Positions 1 through 15,295 of a stretch of 64,000 bases of DNA are shown in pieces. Position 1 is the first letter of the stretch. Every line of letters starts with the position of its first letter. Under the pieces are notes generated by a model. It saw only the letters and a program-made list of their open reading frames with translations, was not told where the DNA came from and did no database searches. The position numbers and the translations under genes were made by a program. Source of the stretch: the human T2T-CHM13v2.0 reference genome, Homo sapiens; NCBI RefSeq assembly GCF_009914755.1, contig NC_060933.1; one strand, 5' to 3'.

Positions 1-349
1 AACACTGAAGGTACCGGCTTTGTTCATCTGCCTTCTCTCTGCTTCCCTAAGAACCTCCTTGCTTAGTTGAGTCCTGCTGTCCTGCTCACAGAGAAAAGAC
101 AGGATCTATTTTATTGCACATGGGATGGGAAAAGTGTACATTCGACTTGGTAGTTTTTACTGTCATGCCCGTTTAGTAGAGGAAGAGCGTGCTTCATAAG
201 CCGAAGGGCTGAAAACTGTGGTCAACAGAATTTACCACCTGCCATACTTCATGGCTGTCTTCTTGGCTGCATCTGATGATTCCTCAGACATTGGACTTCC
301 TGTTTTGTCTCACTCGATTCCCACCACCTTTCTCCTTGTGTGCTTGTTT

Positions 350-610
350 CTTATCTCTATCGCGACGTGGCCTTTTCTCTGAGTGTGTATATCCCCGGTG
401 TCTCTCTCTGTATGTCCTAATCTCTTCTTATAAGGACACCAGCCAGATTGGATCACAGCAAAAGGCCTCATCTTAACTTAATCACCCTCTTAAAGACCCT
501 ACCTCCAATATAGTCACATTCTAAGGTACTGGGAGTTAATGCTTCAACATATGAATTTTAGTGGACAGGCAGGTGTGCTGGTGGCGGGAGCACAAGTCAG
601 CGCATAATAA
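350..610 (-). mobile_element. MaLR solo LTR fragment (MLT1A-C like)
   Basis: Motifs tcttataaggacaccagccagattgga and cacattctaaggtactgggagttaatgcttcaacatatgaatttt resemble the reverse complement of the MLT1 5' half; left edge approximate. Confidence 0.8.
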
Positions 611-2956
611 CCTTCATGGACCTTTTTCTTCCCCTGCTTAAAGTCAGGCCACACACAATGCATGCCAACCCTGGTGTCTTTAACCACCACCTGCCTCCAT
701 CTCTCCTGGTTGCCCGGTGGAACCATGGACAGCCCAGCTGAGGTCAGCTGCAAAACACAAGGACCTAGTAAAATCAGATTAGGTAAACCCAGAGGACTTA
801 TTCATCAGGCTAAGCCATTGTAGGTCTTGGAATAATACAATTTGGCATTTGTTAGTATAACATTTTGGTTTCTACAAAGATAAGTCCCACCTTCTTAAAG
901 TAAGTATAAACACTTCAAAACACAAGTAACAGCCTAAGAGCTAAAGGATACATAATGGCAGAAGGTCCCATGATTTCACCCCCCAAAGGGCAGCTACATC
1001 AGGTGACAGTTCTGGAGAACTGGGACCCTGGCTTCCGGCCTCAGGCCTGCAGCCAACAATGTAGAAAGGGGAAGTCTCAGAACCTCTTTGCAGTTCAGGG
1101 TGTCCACCAGTAGAAGAGGAGTAACCACATTTTGCAGATAATATAAAGTAAAAGCTTGGGAAGTTCTTGGGATCTGAAGTAAATGTGTAACCATAAGATT
1201 TTGTTTAAAAGCACGCTATTGTTGCCCAGATTTTATCCTGTGTTAGTCGTGTCTCAGTCTACGCAGTGCCAAGTGCCTTGCTATTGTAACAGAGAAAGCC
1301 TGGAAGGCAATCATTCTTGTTAGCCCCTAATGCTAGAAGTGGCCACATACAAGTCCTGGGTCATTTTTATTTTCAACTCCTTACAACAGAAACATTAAGG
1401 AGGCCAGAAAAAGGGAGAGAAAAATAAAACAAAGCTTTTGAAATCATAAAAGAAAAGGAACTTGGGTTTTGATTGTGTTTCTAGAAAAATAAAAACAAGG
1501 CATAGATTCATCGATTCTCCCTCAAGTATTTCCTGTAGTGCAATAAAGCAACCCCAAGTGTGACCCCCAGAAGCAGGTACGGTGAGCTGAGAAGCTCAGG
1601 GGCAAGGTAGGGAGGGCATCTGTCCCCATAACAATCTGCAGACTTTAAACACACAGGGAGAGCCTTGCAGTTACCCTGAGGCGGTGGGTTGGGTGGGGAG
1701 GGTAGAGTCAGTGCCCATGCCCTGTCCTTCACCTGAGGGAACGTGGCTTCTCTGTGGCTCTCCGTGTTTTGGAACTCGTTTGAGTTGTTGAAATCAGCTG
1801 GGTGCAAGTGAGTTTTGTTTTTGTTTTTCTGGGGAGAGGAAAGATTAGAGTGGGAAAAGGGAGAACAGGAGTGTCAGAGAAAGATTTTTCATGGCCCAGC
1901 CCTCGGCACATGTTGAAAACATCTTATAGGCTGATTTTAATTAGAACTCTCTATCTGGAGGGAGAAACTGAATACAGGTTCCAAAAACCATAACCTTTTT
2001 TAAATGGCATTCTTTTCATGGGCCTTTTCCAAAAAAGTTTCTATGCATTTACTATCAGTCTAAAGACATTTCCTGTTTCCCCTCTTCTCAGTTTACATTT
2101 TGGCATTTTCACAGTTTCTTCATTCCTGTTTCCCATGGCCCTTTACTATGCAAAAAGGGTGTGTACCTGTGCAAATGTGCAAGAAATGAAGGAAAATTAA
2201 TAAACTAGCAAGAGAATTGGAGGGCAAGTTATGAAAAAAGAGTGAAGAGCTAAATTTATATAACCTAGAAAAAGAGAAGGCTCTGGAGGAACATGATAAA
2301 GTTACACTTCACAGAAGCAATATAAATGAAGGGAGGGAATTATTCACAGTCTCAGAAGATGGCAGGACAGAAGGGCTGGCCCCAAGCCAAGGCGGGAAAA
2401 CAGAATAATGAAGGATGATAAAGGCGAAGACCAGAGGGAGCGCCTGCTGTGGGGCCAGTGACCCCACCCTTCCAGTTCATTTCCGACAGACACGAGGGAT
2501 CCAGCAGCATCGAGGTCAGCTGAGCAGTTCCACGTGGAGCTTTCCCACCCACAGCTCCTTCCTGGTCTGGTAGAATCTCCTGCACTGCTGTGGACAGTGG
2601 GGTGAAGGAAAAAGGATATGTTTTTCCCCAACATGGACAAACTTCCTCTCAAAGTAACTTTAAAGAACCAAACTTCCCTCCCTAAACACAGAAATAATTT
2701 CAAGCATAACACTCCAGTGACTTGCGTTCATTTTTTAATTCTATCTTGCTCTGTTTAATTTTTGATCAATTGGAGCTATTTTAATGCTTGTGAAGTCTTT
2801 CGTCTGGACTAAAAATGAGGACGATCCTTTTACTGTGGGCATAATAGCACAGACATTTAGTGATGGATTAACAGGGCTCCATGCCATCAATATCTACAGT
2901 GCATTGAGTGATGAATAGAAGGCCGGAGGTTGAGGTTTTACTGCTTACTTTGCCAT

Positions 2957-3906
<950 letters not shown>

Positions 3907-4599
3907 ATTAACCAGATAAGTGGCCTTGGGCCTTAGCTCTTTCATGTGTTTAATAAAATAATAAAAAGACAAGTTTAAAGGTGGTTTAACTGATCGTCGT
4001 GCAAATTTGACTGCCTGCCAGAGTCTTGTAGGTCACATTAATTTGTAAAATGTATCACATGTGAGATAATAGGCAGGGTTATGGGGACTCCAATGAGCTA
4101 TACCTGCTCTACTGGACCTATAGCATTCAAAATCAAATCTCTTAAAAATACATGGGCCCATCAAAGGTAATCTCAGTCCAGGTTGGACCTGCAGATCACC
4201 AGTCTGACACCATTCAAGCTAACATGTTGTTACAGATGGATGACACATAGTAGGGACTCTAGATATTTTTGTTTCCTTCCATTCTTCTATCAGCTGCATC
4301 ACCTTCCATTTGGCCAAAGCAAAGGGCACAGGCCGTTCTGTAGGTCACCGTTCCTAACTCCCGTGAGGAATCAATGACATTAATGACTGTAAGAAGAATG
4401 TTTCTTTAAAACTCAGAAATGGTTCTTGCTAAAACAAGTGAACGCTGGTTACCAGAGGGAAGACAAGCTGGCTCCAGGTTCTTCTAGCCCTACTTATACC
4501 CTTCTCACCAAAATAAAAAGAATGGCATTCACTAAAGTAGATTATGTTGAGTCAAAGCAATACCTTTTGATAATAGAAATGATGGGCATATAATCACTT

Positions 4600-4800
4600 C
4601 TTCAACTAATATTTCTTGAGCTCCCACTGTGCCACCAAGATGAATAATATATGGTTCCTCAAGTTCTCCCAGTGTCTTGAGGACACATTGACAACATGCT
4701 CTGATGACTGCCAGAGAGAAGTGTACGCAGGTGGTAAGACCACAGGGGAAGGGACAACAGGGTCTATGTGGGATTAGTTATGGCTTTGCAAAAGATAGAG
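4600..4800 (-). mobile_element. L2 fragment
   Basis: ttcaactaatatttcttgagctcccactgtgcc...aagatgaataatatatggttcctc resembles the L2 3' end reverse complement. Confidence 0.5.
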
Positions 4801-5112
4801 TGATGGGCCTCCCTCTCTCAGGGGCATGATTCATGACTCCCAGTTTTGTTTTTGATGGTCAAAATGTTTTACAATGGGATTATCTCACTAATCCTCCTAA
4901 CCTGCTGGGACTGCAGGAAAAACACAGGTGCTATATTACTCTGCCTGATAGATAGCCAAATGGGAATCCTACAACATAAAGCAGGAGTTCCCCTAAAGAC
5001 TACTCTAGTGCCTAACAAGATCTCAAGGTAGGGGTATAATCCAGTCTATGGCAACAATTGGATTACTCAGCTCTGCTGAGCCAGAGAGAGGACCTGATTT
5101 GAAATCATATTA

Positions 5113-5291
5113 TTATTATTATTACTATTTTTGGAGATGGAGTCTTGCTCTGTTGCCCAGGCTGGAATGCAGCGGCACAATCTCGGCTAACTGCAACCTC
5201 CATCTCCTGGGTTGAAGTGATTCTTCCTGGCTCAGCCTCCTGAGTCACTGGGACTACAGGCACCCACCACCATGCCCAGCTAAGTTTTGTA
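5113..5291 (-). mobile_element. 5'-truncated Alu (right monomer only) with perfect 13-bp TSD
   Basis: Right arm plus (TTA)n tail, ending in the A-rich linker; TGAAATCATATTA at 5100-5112 and 5292-5304. Confidence 0.95.
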
Positions 5292-6208
5292 TGAAATCAT
5301 ATTACTTATGGCATTTACACATTGATATTTTGGGATTGGCTATCTACATTATTATCATCGATGTGGCTAGTAAAACAAACAATTATAACAACCTTATACT
5401 TTGTCTTTGTATAGTGTTTTAAAAACTTCTCACTTGATAGCAGCATAGAAGTCTGAGTTTAGAAAGAAAATGCATCCTATTCTTTCATCAAGGCTTAAGT
5501 GGCCTGAATTCAAAGTTTTTAGAGAAATCAATGAAATATTATTGAAGTGCCAAGTCCAGGTTAAAGACAGAGTTTTTATGTAGGATGTACAATTATTTAA
5601 TATTAGGTCTAAGAGATTCACATTTTTTTCTTACAATATGCTATTACAAAAAGTAAGAAAGCAGTGATTTTTACCCTTTACCTTACCCAAACTGTCCATA
5701 ATTCAGTTGTTTCTTTGCAAAGCTGTACTTTGCCATTAGATACCTGGATATTTCCAAAAAGAGCATTTGTGTATCAAAAATTACAGAGGAAACTACTTCA
5801 GTTCCCCACCTTAGTTTATGTCTATCAATGCATCCGAAGTGCTGCTTTTTTTTTTATGATCACAGAGAAGGAAAAAGTGCATTTATTCATCTGGGAGGTG
5901 TATAATCAGTCACTCTCTCCATCAGCCCCCAAAAGCAGTTCAAACAGCATCTATTTAAATTGAAGACCAATTAAATAATTATCAAAAGCATCAAGAAGAC
6001 AGCAAGGCTAAGACTCAAAGGAGCACATGGAGTCCGGTAGAAAAACATAGTTGCTGTTGTGAATTTTTCCCTCACCATTTATTAGACCATGTGCTGCCAG
6101 TGACTTCCGCATATCAAACAGGGCCTTGGGCAGCTTCTTTTGAGTGTATGGACCTCCCTGAGCACAAAAATGTTTCCTAGTGTTTTGCAGATTTAGAAGG
6201 AGATGTAT

Positions 6209-6233
6209 TTTTTGTTTGTTTGTTTGTTTGTTT
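6209..6233. repeat. (TTTG)n microsatellite
   Basis: About five tttg units read directly. Confidence 0.9.
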
Positions 6234-7514
6234 CCAGCTAAGCTGCCAGGCCATTTGGCTTTGCAGAAATGAGCCCTTTGGTTCAGGACTGAGTGAAGCC
6301 TGCACTCTGGCCACTACGCATGAGGAGTTTTCTCCTTTGAACTCTGCCCAGCATACCCACTTGGCCAGCCCGATGTATCTGTAATCTTCAGAACGCTCAA
6401 GAAGAGTGCTAAATTCAGATCCTTGTTTTCCATGGATAATTTGCTTCCTCTCTGACTCCTTTTCATTGTTTCTGCCTCTTTCCAAGAGGCAAACCCAGGA
6501 GAATGTAAACCAGCACCTTCTGAAAATAAACCCAAACTGGCCACCTCGAAGCCATGCACCTGGCTGGTGATCTTCCTAAGGGCTGCCCCCGAGGGCTGGC
6601 CATTGTCTTGCTGCTGTCCCTGTACTCAGGCAGGAGTAAGACAATGTGCAGCTGTCCTGCTGCAAACAAGCCCTACGCATTCACCCTTGCTAGAGAAACA
6701 AATGTCAGCAAATGGCCTATTCACAGTGGGTTTGGAACTCATCATCTGTCTCTGAAAACCAGAAATCTCTGAGGTGGCCTAACACAAAAGGATGCCAATG
6801 ACAAAGGGTTAACAGCAGATGCTGAATAATGGAGTGGGAACAAATTGCATTCATGGGCTTCTTGTTTTTTGTGTCTCCTTCAGATGGTGCCTCATTCTTC
6901 CCATGTCATTTTCAATTTCAACCATTCCTATTTTCATCACCAAGGGAGTCACTTGAGGGGCATCTGGATGGATTTCTGCTTGAGGTTTTCTGCCTTTGGA
7001 TTGAAGTGGGCCTCTCTGCACTTCAGTTTTTTTTTTTTCCTTGCAAAACAGTGACATATGTCTGCAAAAGCTTTGTAACAGCCACTTCATCCTGCCCTGT
7101 GTGGCAGAGTTGGCTATATTGTCATGCTGGGCGGAAGTAATGCAGTTTGCAGAGCAATTTAAAATCTGGAATGAAGAAACTATAGGCTTGCCAGAGTTTT
7201 TGCTGACATTGAGCTTAAAGATAAAATACTGGATCTATAACTTTTATTAAAACCAGGTCATTCTTTGGTGTCAAAAATCATGAAGGAAACATGTATACAA
7301 ATATACACTTACAATTCTCACCTTTCTACAGGTAAGGAGGAAACAAAGGCTACTAGCAAGAAGCTCCCTCTTCATCTGTGATGTAAGACTCAGATGAGTA
7401 GAACTTGAGCAGTTTTCAATGAAACAGTAGATATAACAACACTGAAGAAAGCCAAACAATCAATATACAAACAGGTGTTCTCCTTTCATGTGTAATGATA
7501 ATACTGGTAATAAC

Positions 7515-7745
7515 AAAAATAACATTTATTTAACGAAGATTGTGCCAAGGACTATTCTAAGGACTTTATAAGTATTATCTAATTTGATCCTCTTAATTAC
7601 TATGAGTAGGTGCTCTAATTATTCTATTCCTCATATGAGGAAATTAAGCAGGCACAAGGAACTTGAATAAATTGCTCAAGGACACAAGGTAAGTATGGGG
7701 CAGCTGGGGATAGGATCCCAGGAAAACCTGCTCCAAACCCAGCTC
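7515..7745 (-). mobile_element. MIR SINE
   Basis: aataacatttattt...tgtgccaagg...atgaggaaatt...aaattgctcaaggacaca: MIR core reverse complement. Confidence 0.8.
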
Positions 7746-7769
7746 ACCACAAGAGGACTTCATCAGTTC

Positions 7770-8280
7770 TAAGTAGGAAAAGGTGCCAACTAACAGAAGA
7801 CTGAAAATAGCAAGAGCCAGTACAATTACAGGTTTATTTTTCTGTCTAGTAATCAGTGTCTGGAAGTAGCAAGTCCAGGGCTGATACGGCAAATCCTATC
7901 ACAGGAATCAGATTCCCTCTTACCTTTCTGCACTGCTATCCTTGCTTAGTGCCTACCTGCAAACCTTAAGTTTACGTCAAGGTACAAAGCACTTTTAGAA
8001 CCTTGGCCATTGTATCCAATTCCAGGACCTAAGGAGGAGGGAGGAGAAGGGCAAACATGTGCCTGAGCTTGGGTCTCTTTCTACTTTAAGGAGAGTTCCT
8101 GAAGCCCCACCCACTTCTACTTCCATCTCATTGGCTGGACCTTAGTTGTACGGTCACCCCTATCTACAAGAGAGATTAGGACACACAATTTTTAAGCAGA
8201 ATACATTGTCACTCTGAATAAAATTAAATTTTCTTTTTCAAAAAGAAGAGGAGAGTAGATATCGATGGGTAGTCTGCAGG
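7770..8280 (-). mobile_element. Old MaLR LTR (MLT1J/K-like)
   Basis: caagtccagggctg...acttctacttccatctcattggctggaccttagttgtacggtcacccctatctacaagagaga. Confidence 0.6.
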
Positions 8281-8538
8281 GGATACCAAAGACCTCAGTT
8301 GGGCTTAACCCAAGATGTGGATACAACAGTCATAGAGGAAGACAAGTGAACCTTAATCCTTACTGCCTACTTGACTACTTCACCCTCTTGTTATCATGTA
8401 TATCCCAAGGAGCCTCCTGGGAATACTTCATACCAGCCTGAAACTGAACTTCAGACATACACCACCTGGCATGTCACATGGCCTGGGCAGAGTTAGGAAA
8501 ACAGGTCCTCAAAAGTCTGTTAGAAAAAGTCAGGGTTG

Positions 8539-8938
<400 letters not shown>

Positions 8939-9158
8939 CTAAGATCCACCCTGACTCACCTACCTGTGTGTTAGTCCACACTTTGCATAGAAACTCAAGT
9001 GGCTATATTATTAAACTCAGTAACATGTCTGGGCATAAACAATCTTGCCGTGGCACTCCCTCTAACTGAGTGTGACAGAGGGAATAAGGCATTCTTATTA
9101 TTGTGATTTCATCTGCTGAATTAGTGAGGTGACTTGAGGATTAAGCATATGACAGCCA

Positions 9159-9295
9159 GGCCTGGTGTGTTGGCTCATAGCAGTAATGCCAACACTTTTG
9201 GAGGCCAAGGAAAGAGGATCACTTGAGGCCAGGAGTTCAAGGTTGCAGTATAGCTTGGATGACACAGCAATACCCTGTCTCTTAAGAAAAAAAAA
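9159..9295 (+). mobile_element. Alu monomer (FLAM/FAM-like)
   Basis: ~135-bp monomer ggcctggtgtgttggctca...ggatcacttgaggccaggagttcaag...accctgtctc plus A tail. Confidence 0.85.
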
Positions 9296-9724
9296 TGGCA
9301 GTTAAGGATATCCACAGGATGTCTACCTCATTGCAGCTGACAAGAAAGGCAGCATGGTAAAGATAAAAGGGACAGAGAACAATGTTGAGTGATGTATGTA
9401 GGATAATCCTGGATACTCTTCCAAGTTACTGGTACGGGGTTCTTTTCATGAGGTTGGAAATTCTGTATGTCGTGGTCCAGATACTAGAGTTTGTAACGTT
9501 CAGATTTAACTGTAATATGATGTTATTTGTTCATAAACATATTGAGACCTGGGGTTATTTGGGTTACTTTAAGTTCACATAGGTTTCAGCTGAGTTCTAT
9601 GGGTAGCTCAAACACCAATCCCTGAGCCCGGAAAACACAACTTGAAACTAACTTAACCTCCTCCCTTACCCTCTCCTAAATCCCCCTGCTCAATTTCATT
9701 CAAATGCAAATGGAAAGCTCTGTA

Positions 9725-9866
9725 TAAAAAATAAACAAGAAGAGAGAAAAGAAAGAAGAAAAGCACGACAAGAAGAATACAGTAAAACAAGAAAGAAGGG
9801 AGGGATATAGCGAAGGAGATGAAGAGAGAGAAGAAAGAAAAGGTGTGAGGAGAAGGAAAAGAAAGC
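9725..9866. repeat. Purine (GA)-rich low-complexity tract
   Basis: Almost entirely A/G on the + strand. Confidence 0.85.
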
Positions 9867-10749
9867 CAGATTCTTAAACTCCTAATTATTAGTAGTAGAA
9901 TGAGCGGTGATGGTAATAATAATACAAATAATAATGGTGACGTTCGTTTTTATTTTCAGGATGGGAAATTGTGTAACTTGTGAGAAGAAGGGCTGTTGAC
10001 AACTGTTAGAATGTACACTCTCATTCTCACAGCTCAGTTCGTAATATTTGACTATTTATTAAGCAGTACAGCTTTCACAGTTTTCATTTTGAGAATATTC
10101 TATGTTAGAGTTGTGCTGATGCTGAGCATTGTGGCTGAAGAGTGCTAAATCAACAGAACAGCCCTGGCTCGTAGGTTCCACCTCCCTCCTCTGTGGAACA
10201 CTAGCCTCCTCCTTGGAGCACTTTCCACAGAGGAGGGAGGTGGGACCTAAGAGCCAGGACTGTTCTCTTATCCACTATCTTATCCACTTGTTAGTGAGTA
10301 AGGAGAACAGTCCTTATCCACTATCCTTGCCTTGCTTAGCTGACAAGGATGATGTGAGGGTTAAATGAGAAGACAATGCTTAAAGTGCTTTAAAAACTCA
10401 AAAGTTTTGTAAAGATATAAGTTGTTGCCTTTAGCAAAGATTTTTAAGACCTAGTACAATCAAGCCAAACTCCTTAGAGTTGGAATTCATCTGATAATCA
10501 GTTTTGCTTAAGGATTTTGTAGGCATTGCTGAGCTCTACCAAAAGAAAGGGACAAAGCATGATTCCTACATTCTGAGAGAAATGTAGCATTTGGGGAGGC
10601 AGAAGGCGGCCTTATGGATTTCAAGCCTGACAAGTGGGTCCCAAAATAATATCCCCTGGCCATGTTAGGATCTATCATTTCAGAGGCTCAACCATATTGT
10701 ATGGGACACCCCCAAAACATTCATACAGATATACATACACACACATACA

Positions 10750-13700
10750 TGCATAGATGTGATTTTGAGAATGGAAAATTAAGTTATCTAAACCAAAACT
10801 TTAAGTAAAAGCAATTTAATTTTTTAAAAAATCTTTAAAATATCAAACAGGTCACATGATAAAAATGAACTACAGTCTAAGTGAAAATAGAACTTGGGAA
10901 ATTAAGAAGAACCCGAACGAGTTTTATATACCATGTTCTCTGACACGTTGCAATTAATCTGGAAATCAATAGCAAAAAGAAAATTAGAAAATTCTTGTTA
11001 ATATAGAAACTAGGAAATCTACTTCCAAATAATCTATAGGTCAGAGAACAAATTATAAAATGAAAATAGAAAATATTTTTAATTGAGCAATGAAAATGAC
11101 TTTATTGCCTTTCTGTAAGGGGAGAAAAGTGGCAGCATTTGGAGATTTATAATTGTAAATTCTTCTTTTAGAAAAAAATAAAGGCTGCAAGTTAATGAAA
11201 TATAATTTACCTGAAGAAATCAGAATAAAAGCTAAATGAACTCAAAGAAAGAAATGAAGATAAGATTAGAAACACTTTAACAGTTACACACAAAATAAAA
11301 AGAATCCACAAAGTTAAAAGTTGGATTTTTGAAAAGATTAATAAAATTGAGAAATTTCAGGCAAGACTGATAAAAAAGAAACAAAGAACACAAATCATGA
11401 GTATCAGAAATGAAAAAATAAATATTTAAAAGGTGTTGCAAACATTTAAAAATGTAATAAGTGGATACTTATTATGTAAATAAGTAAATGATTTATATAA
11501 GCAAATAACTTTATATAAACTGGAAACACTTAACAAAATGATCAAATTCCTTAAAAATGTCATTTATCATTATTGTCTTAAGGAGAAATAGAAAAGCTGA
11601 ACAATTCTACAACCATTAATGAAATGGAATCAGAAGTCATATATCTTCTTACCAAGAAAGCCATTGGTGGATTCCACCTCAAGTCTTAAAAAAATAAGTT
11701 TTAAAATATAATACAAATTCTTTTTTACAAGATAATAGAAAAAGATGGAACACACTCTAGGGGTAATTCATACTATACCCCACTGCTTCTCTGTCTTGGA
11801 ATTACACCATCTGGAATGCAAATGGCCTACAAGAGAAAATATGGAGAAGGTGCAACCACTCTTATAGGACGTAGGCTATAAGCACATATTCTTTGTACCC
11901 ATATTTCTATTGGTTAACATAACTGCAATGGAAGTTGAAAAATACTGTCTCATATATAAAAAATGTCAAAATGGTATGGTATAAACATAACATGTTTTCA
12001 TCACATGATACTTACATTTTATGAAAATAACTCTCTTACTAGAGCTTTACAAGGACAGTAATAAGAAAGGAACACTACAGGCCAACTTCCCTCACTAATA
12101 TAGTTGCCAAAATCCTAAACAAAATACTAGCAAACTGAATCTAGTAATATATAAAAAAGATAATGCATTAGGACCAAATTGGGTTTATTCCAGAAAAGCA
12201 AGGTAAGTTTAAAGATTGGTTTGGAATTAATGTAATTAGCCACCTTAAGATATTAATTTTAAAAATCAAATAATCATATCAATGAATAAAGAAAAAGCTT
12301 ATGATAAAATGCAATATCACTTGTGATTTTTAAAAAAATCTTTTAACAAATGAGTAGTAAGAAAGGAACTACCTAATTCAGAAAGAGTATATAGAACACT
12401 GTTCAGCAGATACCATGCTTAATTGTAAAATGTTATATTTCCCTTTGAAATCAGAAGCAAGAAAGTAACTGTTATGACTACTGTTATTTCAAATTGTACT
12501 GAAGATCGTAGTCAGTGCACTAAGTCAGAAAAAGAAAGTTTTAACAGTTGAAAACAAATCTCCCACCATTGTGGGTGTTATAATCTTTATCTCTAAAATA
12601 AAAAGATACATAGAAAATTTCCAGAATTAACTTGAGACTCTGGCAAGTGTCTAGATACACAATTTAATACAGAATCATTTATAGTCCTATAAATCAGCAT
12701 CCAAGATAAATTTTTAAAAAATAAACCAGAATAACAAAACACACATAGCACCTATAATGAGAAAGGAATTAAGCTTTATTGAAAAATTTTAAAGATGATA
12801 ATAAATATAGACATACTATGATCATGGAGTGAATGACTCAATACTGTAAAAATTGTCAAATCTCCCCAAATTGATTCACAAATTTAATAGAACTTGTGGA
12901 ATTTGGCACGTCAATTATAAAATTTATATGCAAGTACAAATAGCCAAAAATAGTCAAATAGACTCTTGAAGAAGAACAATGGAAGGTGTTTTTCTTCAAG
13001 AATGGGAAGAATTGTTTTATTAGTTTTCACAACTTATTTTACACTTATTAAGACAGTATTATATTGGTGTGGAGATATACACACCAATAATACCGATATG
13101 GTGATTCTGTGCCAATGGAACAAAATAGACAACCTAGAAAGCACATCCGTGCATACATGGTCCCTACATATATGAAAGAGGGGCCCTGAAGAAAAACAGG
13201 AAGGAAAGTATTATCAGTAAATTCTGTTGGGACGAATGGGTAGCAATATTGAAAAATAAATTATTGGATCCCTATGTCACAACATACACAAGTAAATTCT
13301 AGTTGAAGACCTAGTATGAAAGTCAAAGCTATAATGCTTTAAGGAGATAATATAGGAGAGTGTCCTCAGGGTAGGGGAGAACTTAAGACACAGTAAAGCA
13401 CTAATCATAAAATAAAAGACTGATAAATTTGACTACCTTAAAAATCAAGAACTTTTCTTCATCAAAAGGCAATATAAAAGGAGTGAAAACAAAAGCCATA
13501 GAATGAGAGAAGTGATTTGCCTTACATATAACTAACAAAAGGCTAGTATCCAGAATTTATAAAGAACTAGAAATCAATAAGAAAAACATAAATTGTTAGG
13601 AAAAAGGATAAGAACTTCAGATAATAAGAAAATTCAAGTGGACAATAGGCATATGAAAAAGTCCTCAATCTGTAATTACGAAAACACAAGTTAAACCACA

Positions 13701-13831
13701 GTGAGATAAGTTTACCTCCAGGCATCCTTAACAAACTGACAAATAAAACCTCATATATTTGACAGTATCAATGTTGATGAGAATGTGGACCAACAGTTGG
13801 AGTATAAGTCTATAAAACCTTCTGGAGACAA
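10750..13831 (+). mobile_element. Old, degenerate L1M (L1MC-ME class) ORF2 region; resumes at 23050
   Basis: Collinear ORF2 motifs (aaaatcctaaacaaaatactagcaaactgaatc; gccaatggaacaaaatagacaacctagaaa); ORF 12966-13175 contains IKTVLYWC and QWNKIDNLE; an MLT1-like piece appears to interrupt it near 11760-12005. Confidence 0.85.
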
Positions 13832-14559
13832 TAGATAGAGTGATGTCAACAAGAAGGTTTACTCGAGATGCCTGGCATTTGTCCCTCTCACAACAAAGCA
13901 GCAAGGCAATGAAAAAATAGCTAAGCTTTGACTGGAGTGTTGACGCCAGAGTGCTGGAGTGCATCAGGTGAGTAGAGACACACCTGTGGTGATCAGAAGT
14001 CCAGGACAGCAGTATGGAAGCACCTGAACTGTGTAGCCCCATCTCCCTCACCTAGATCAAATCTGCCTAGAGTTAGGAGGCACTTTCCTTTGGGAGGTGT
14101 GGAGGAAGGTAAGCAGAAGATCTCCACCAGCCCACATTACCACCACAAACACCTACAGTCCTTATGACAGGAGAATCCCACAGTCGCCCAGTTTGAAGAG
14201 GTGCTGAGGATTCATGCAGTTGCATTACTCTGGATTGGGAGGTCAAGGTTTAACTTCTCTACCCCTCCACCCATTCCCTGTGGGCCATGCTGCTGCAGCA
14301 TGGTGCTATCTTGAGACCAGAGCCACCTCTGGAGTGTGCCCTGCTCTAGAGACCAGTAGGCACTGTACTTCTCCAGCACTGGAATCCTATCTTCATACTA
14401 CTGTGCCCATACCAATAGCTGAACACCACAATCCCAGCAGTGTGGAGCCTAGGCCCAGGATTGAGTATGAGGCTGATCCTAGACAGCAGAGAAACCAACT
14501 CCTGCCACCCTTACTTCCAGCCAGAGGAACAGACTGGCAATCCTGCCCAGAGTAAGGCT

Positions 14560-15295
14560 GCCTTTGGGCAAGAGAGACTCTCAAGCCTCCAAGCTGCTGA
14601 CATGCTCCCAGGCCAGCAGAATGGTAATGCACCTGGGCCCAGAGCCTGAGAAACAGCCCTGAGGTACCCCAAACCCTGCAGACAGGCCTATGACCAGTCC
14701 ATCAGCCCTGCATCTACAATCAGTCTGAGAAACAGATCTGTGGGCTGCCTCTACCAGAAACTCCCTTAGGCTGGCCAAGGAGCTGTGCACACACACCCTA
14801 GGACTGAGAAATAACTCCACAGGCTGCCCCTAGTGGTCAAGGCCCCAGGCCAACCAAGCAGTGATACACCAGCATCCTGGACCCATGAAACAGCTAGGTG
14901 GGCCACCACCCACAGACAAACCCCCTAGACCAGCCAAGTAGTCATGCAGCTATGTCCTGGGCTTTAGAAACAGTCTCGTAGGTTGCACCCAGCAGACATG
15001 ACCCCAGGTTAGCTGAGCAGATGTATGCCTGCATACTAGGCCTGAGGAACAGTCCCACAGGCCACTCCTGGTGGGCATTCCCTTAGGATGGCCAAACAAC
15101 CATGGACCTGTGCTCCCAGTCAGAGTAACATGCCCATGGCCACAACTCCAGTGAGCCAGACCCCAAATTGGCTGATGCATCATGTGCACACCTGTGCTCC
15201 TAACCTGAGAAACAGCCTGGTGAGCCTACCCTTGGAAAAGCCACACCACTTCCATCACAGATGCTCTCAGCCTAGGTCACTGAGAAACTCACAAA
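14560..15295 (+). repeat. Degenerate ~79-bp tandem monomer array in the L1MA 5' UTR
   Basis: CTGAGAAACAG-like core recurs near 14646, 14724, 14804, 14885, 14963, 15042, 15121, 15205 and 15280. Confidence 0.8.
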
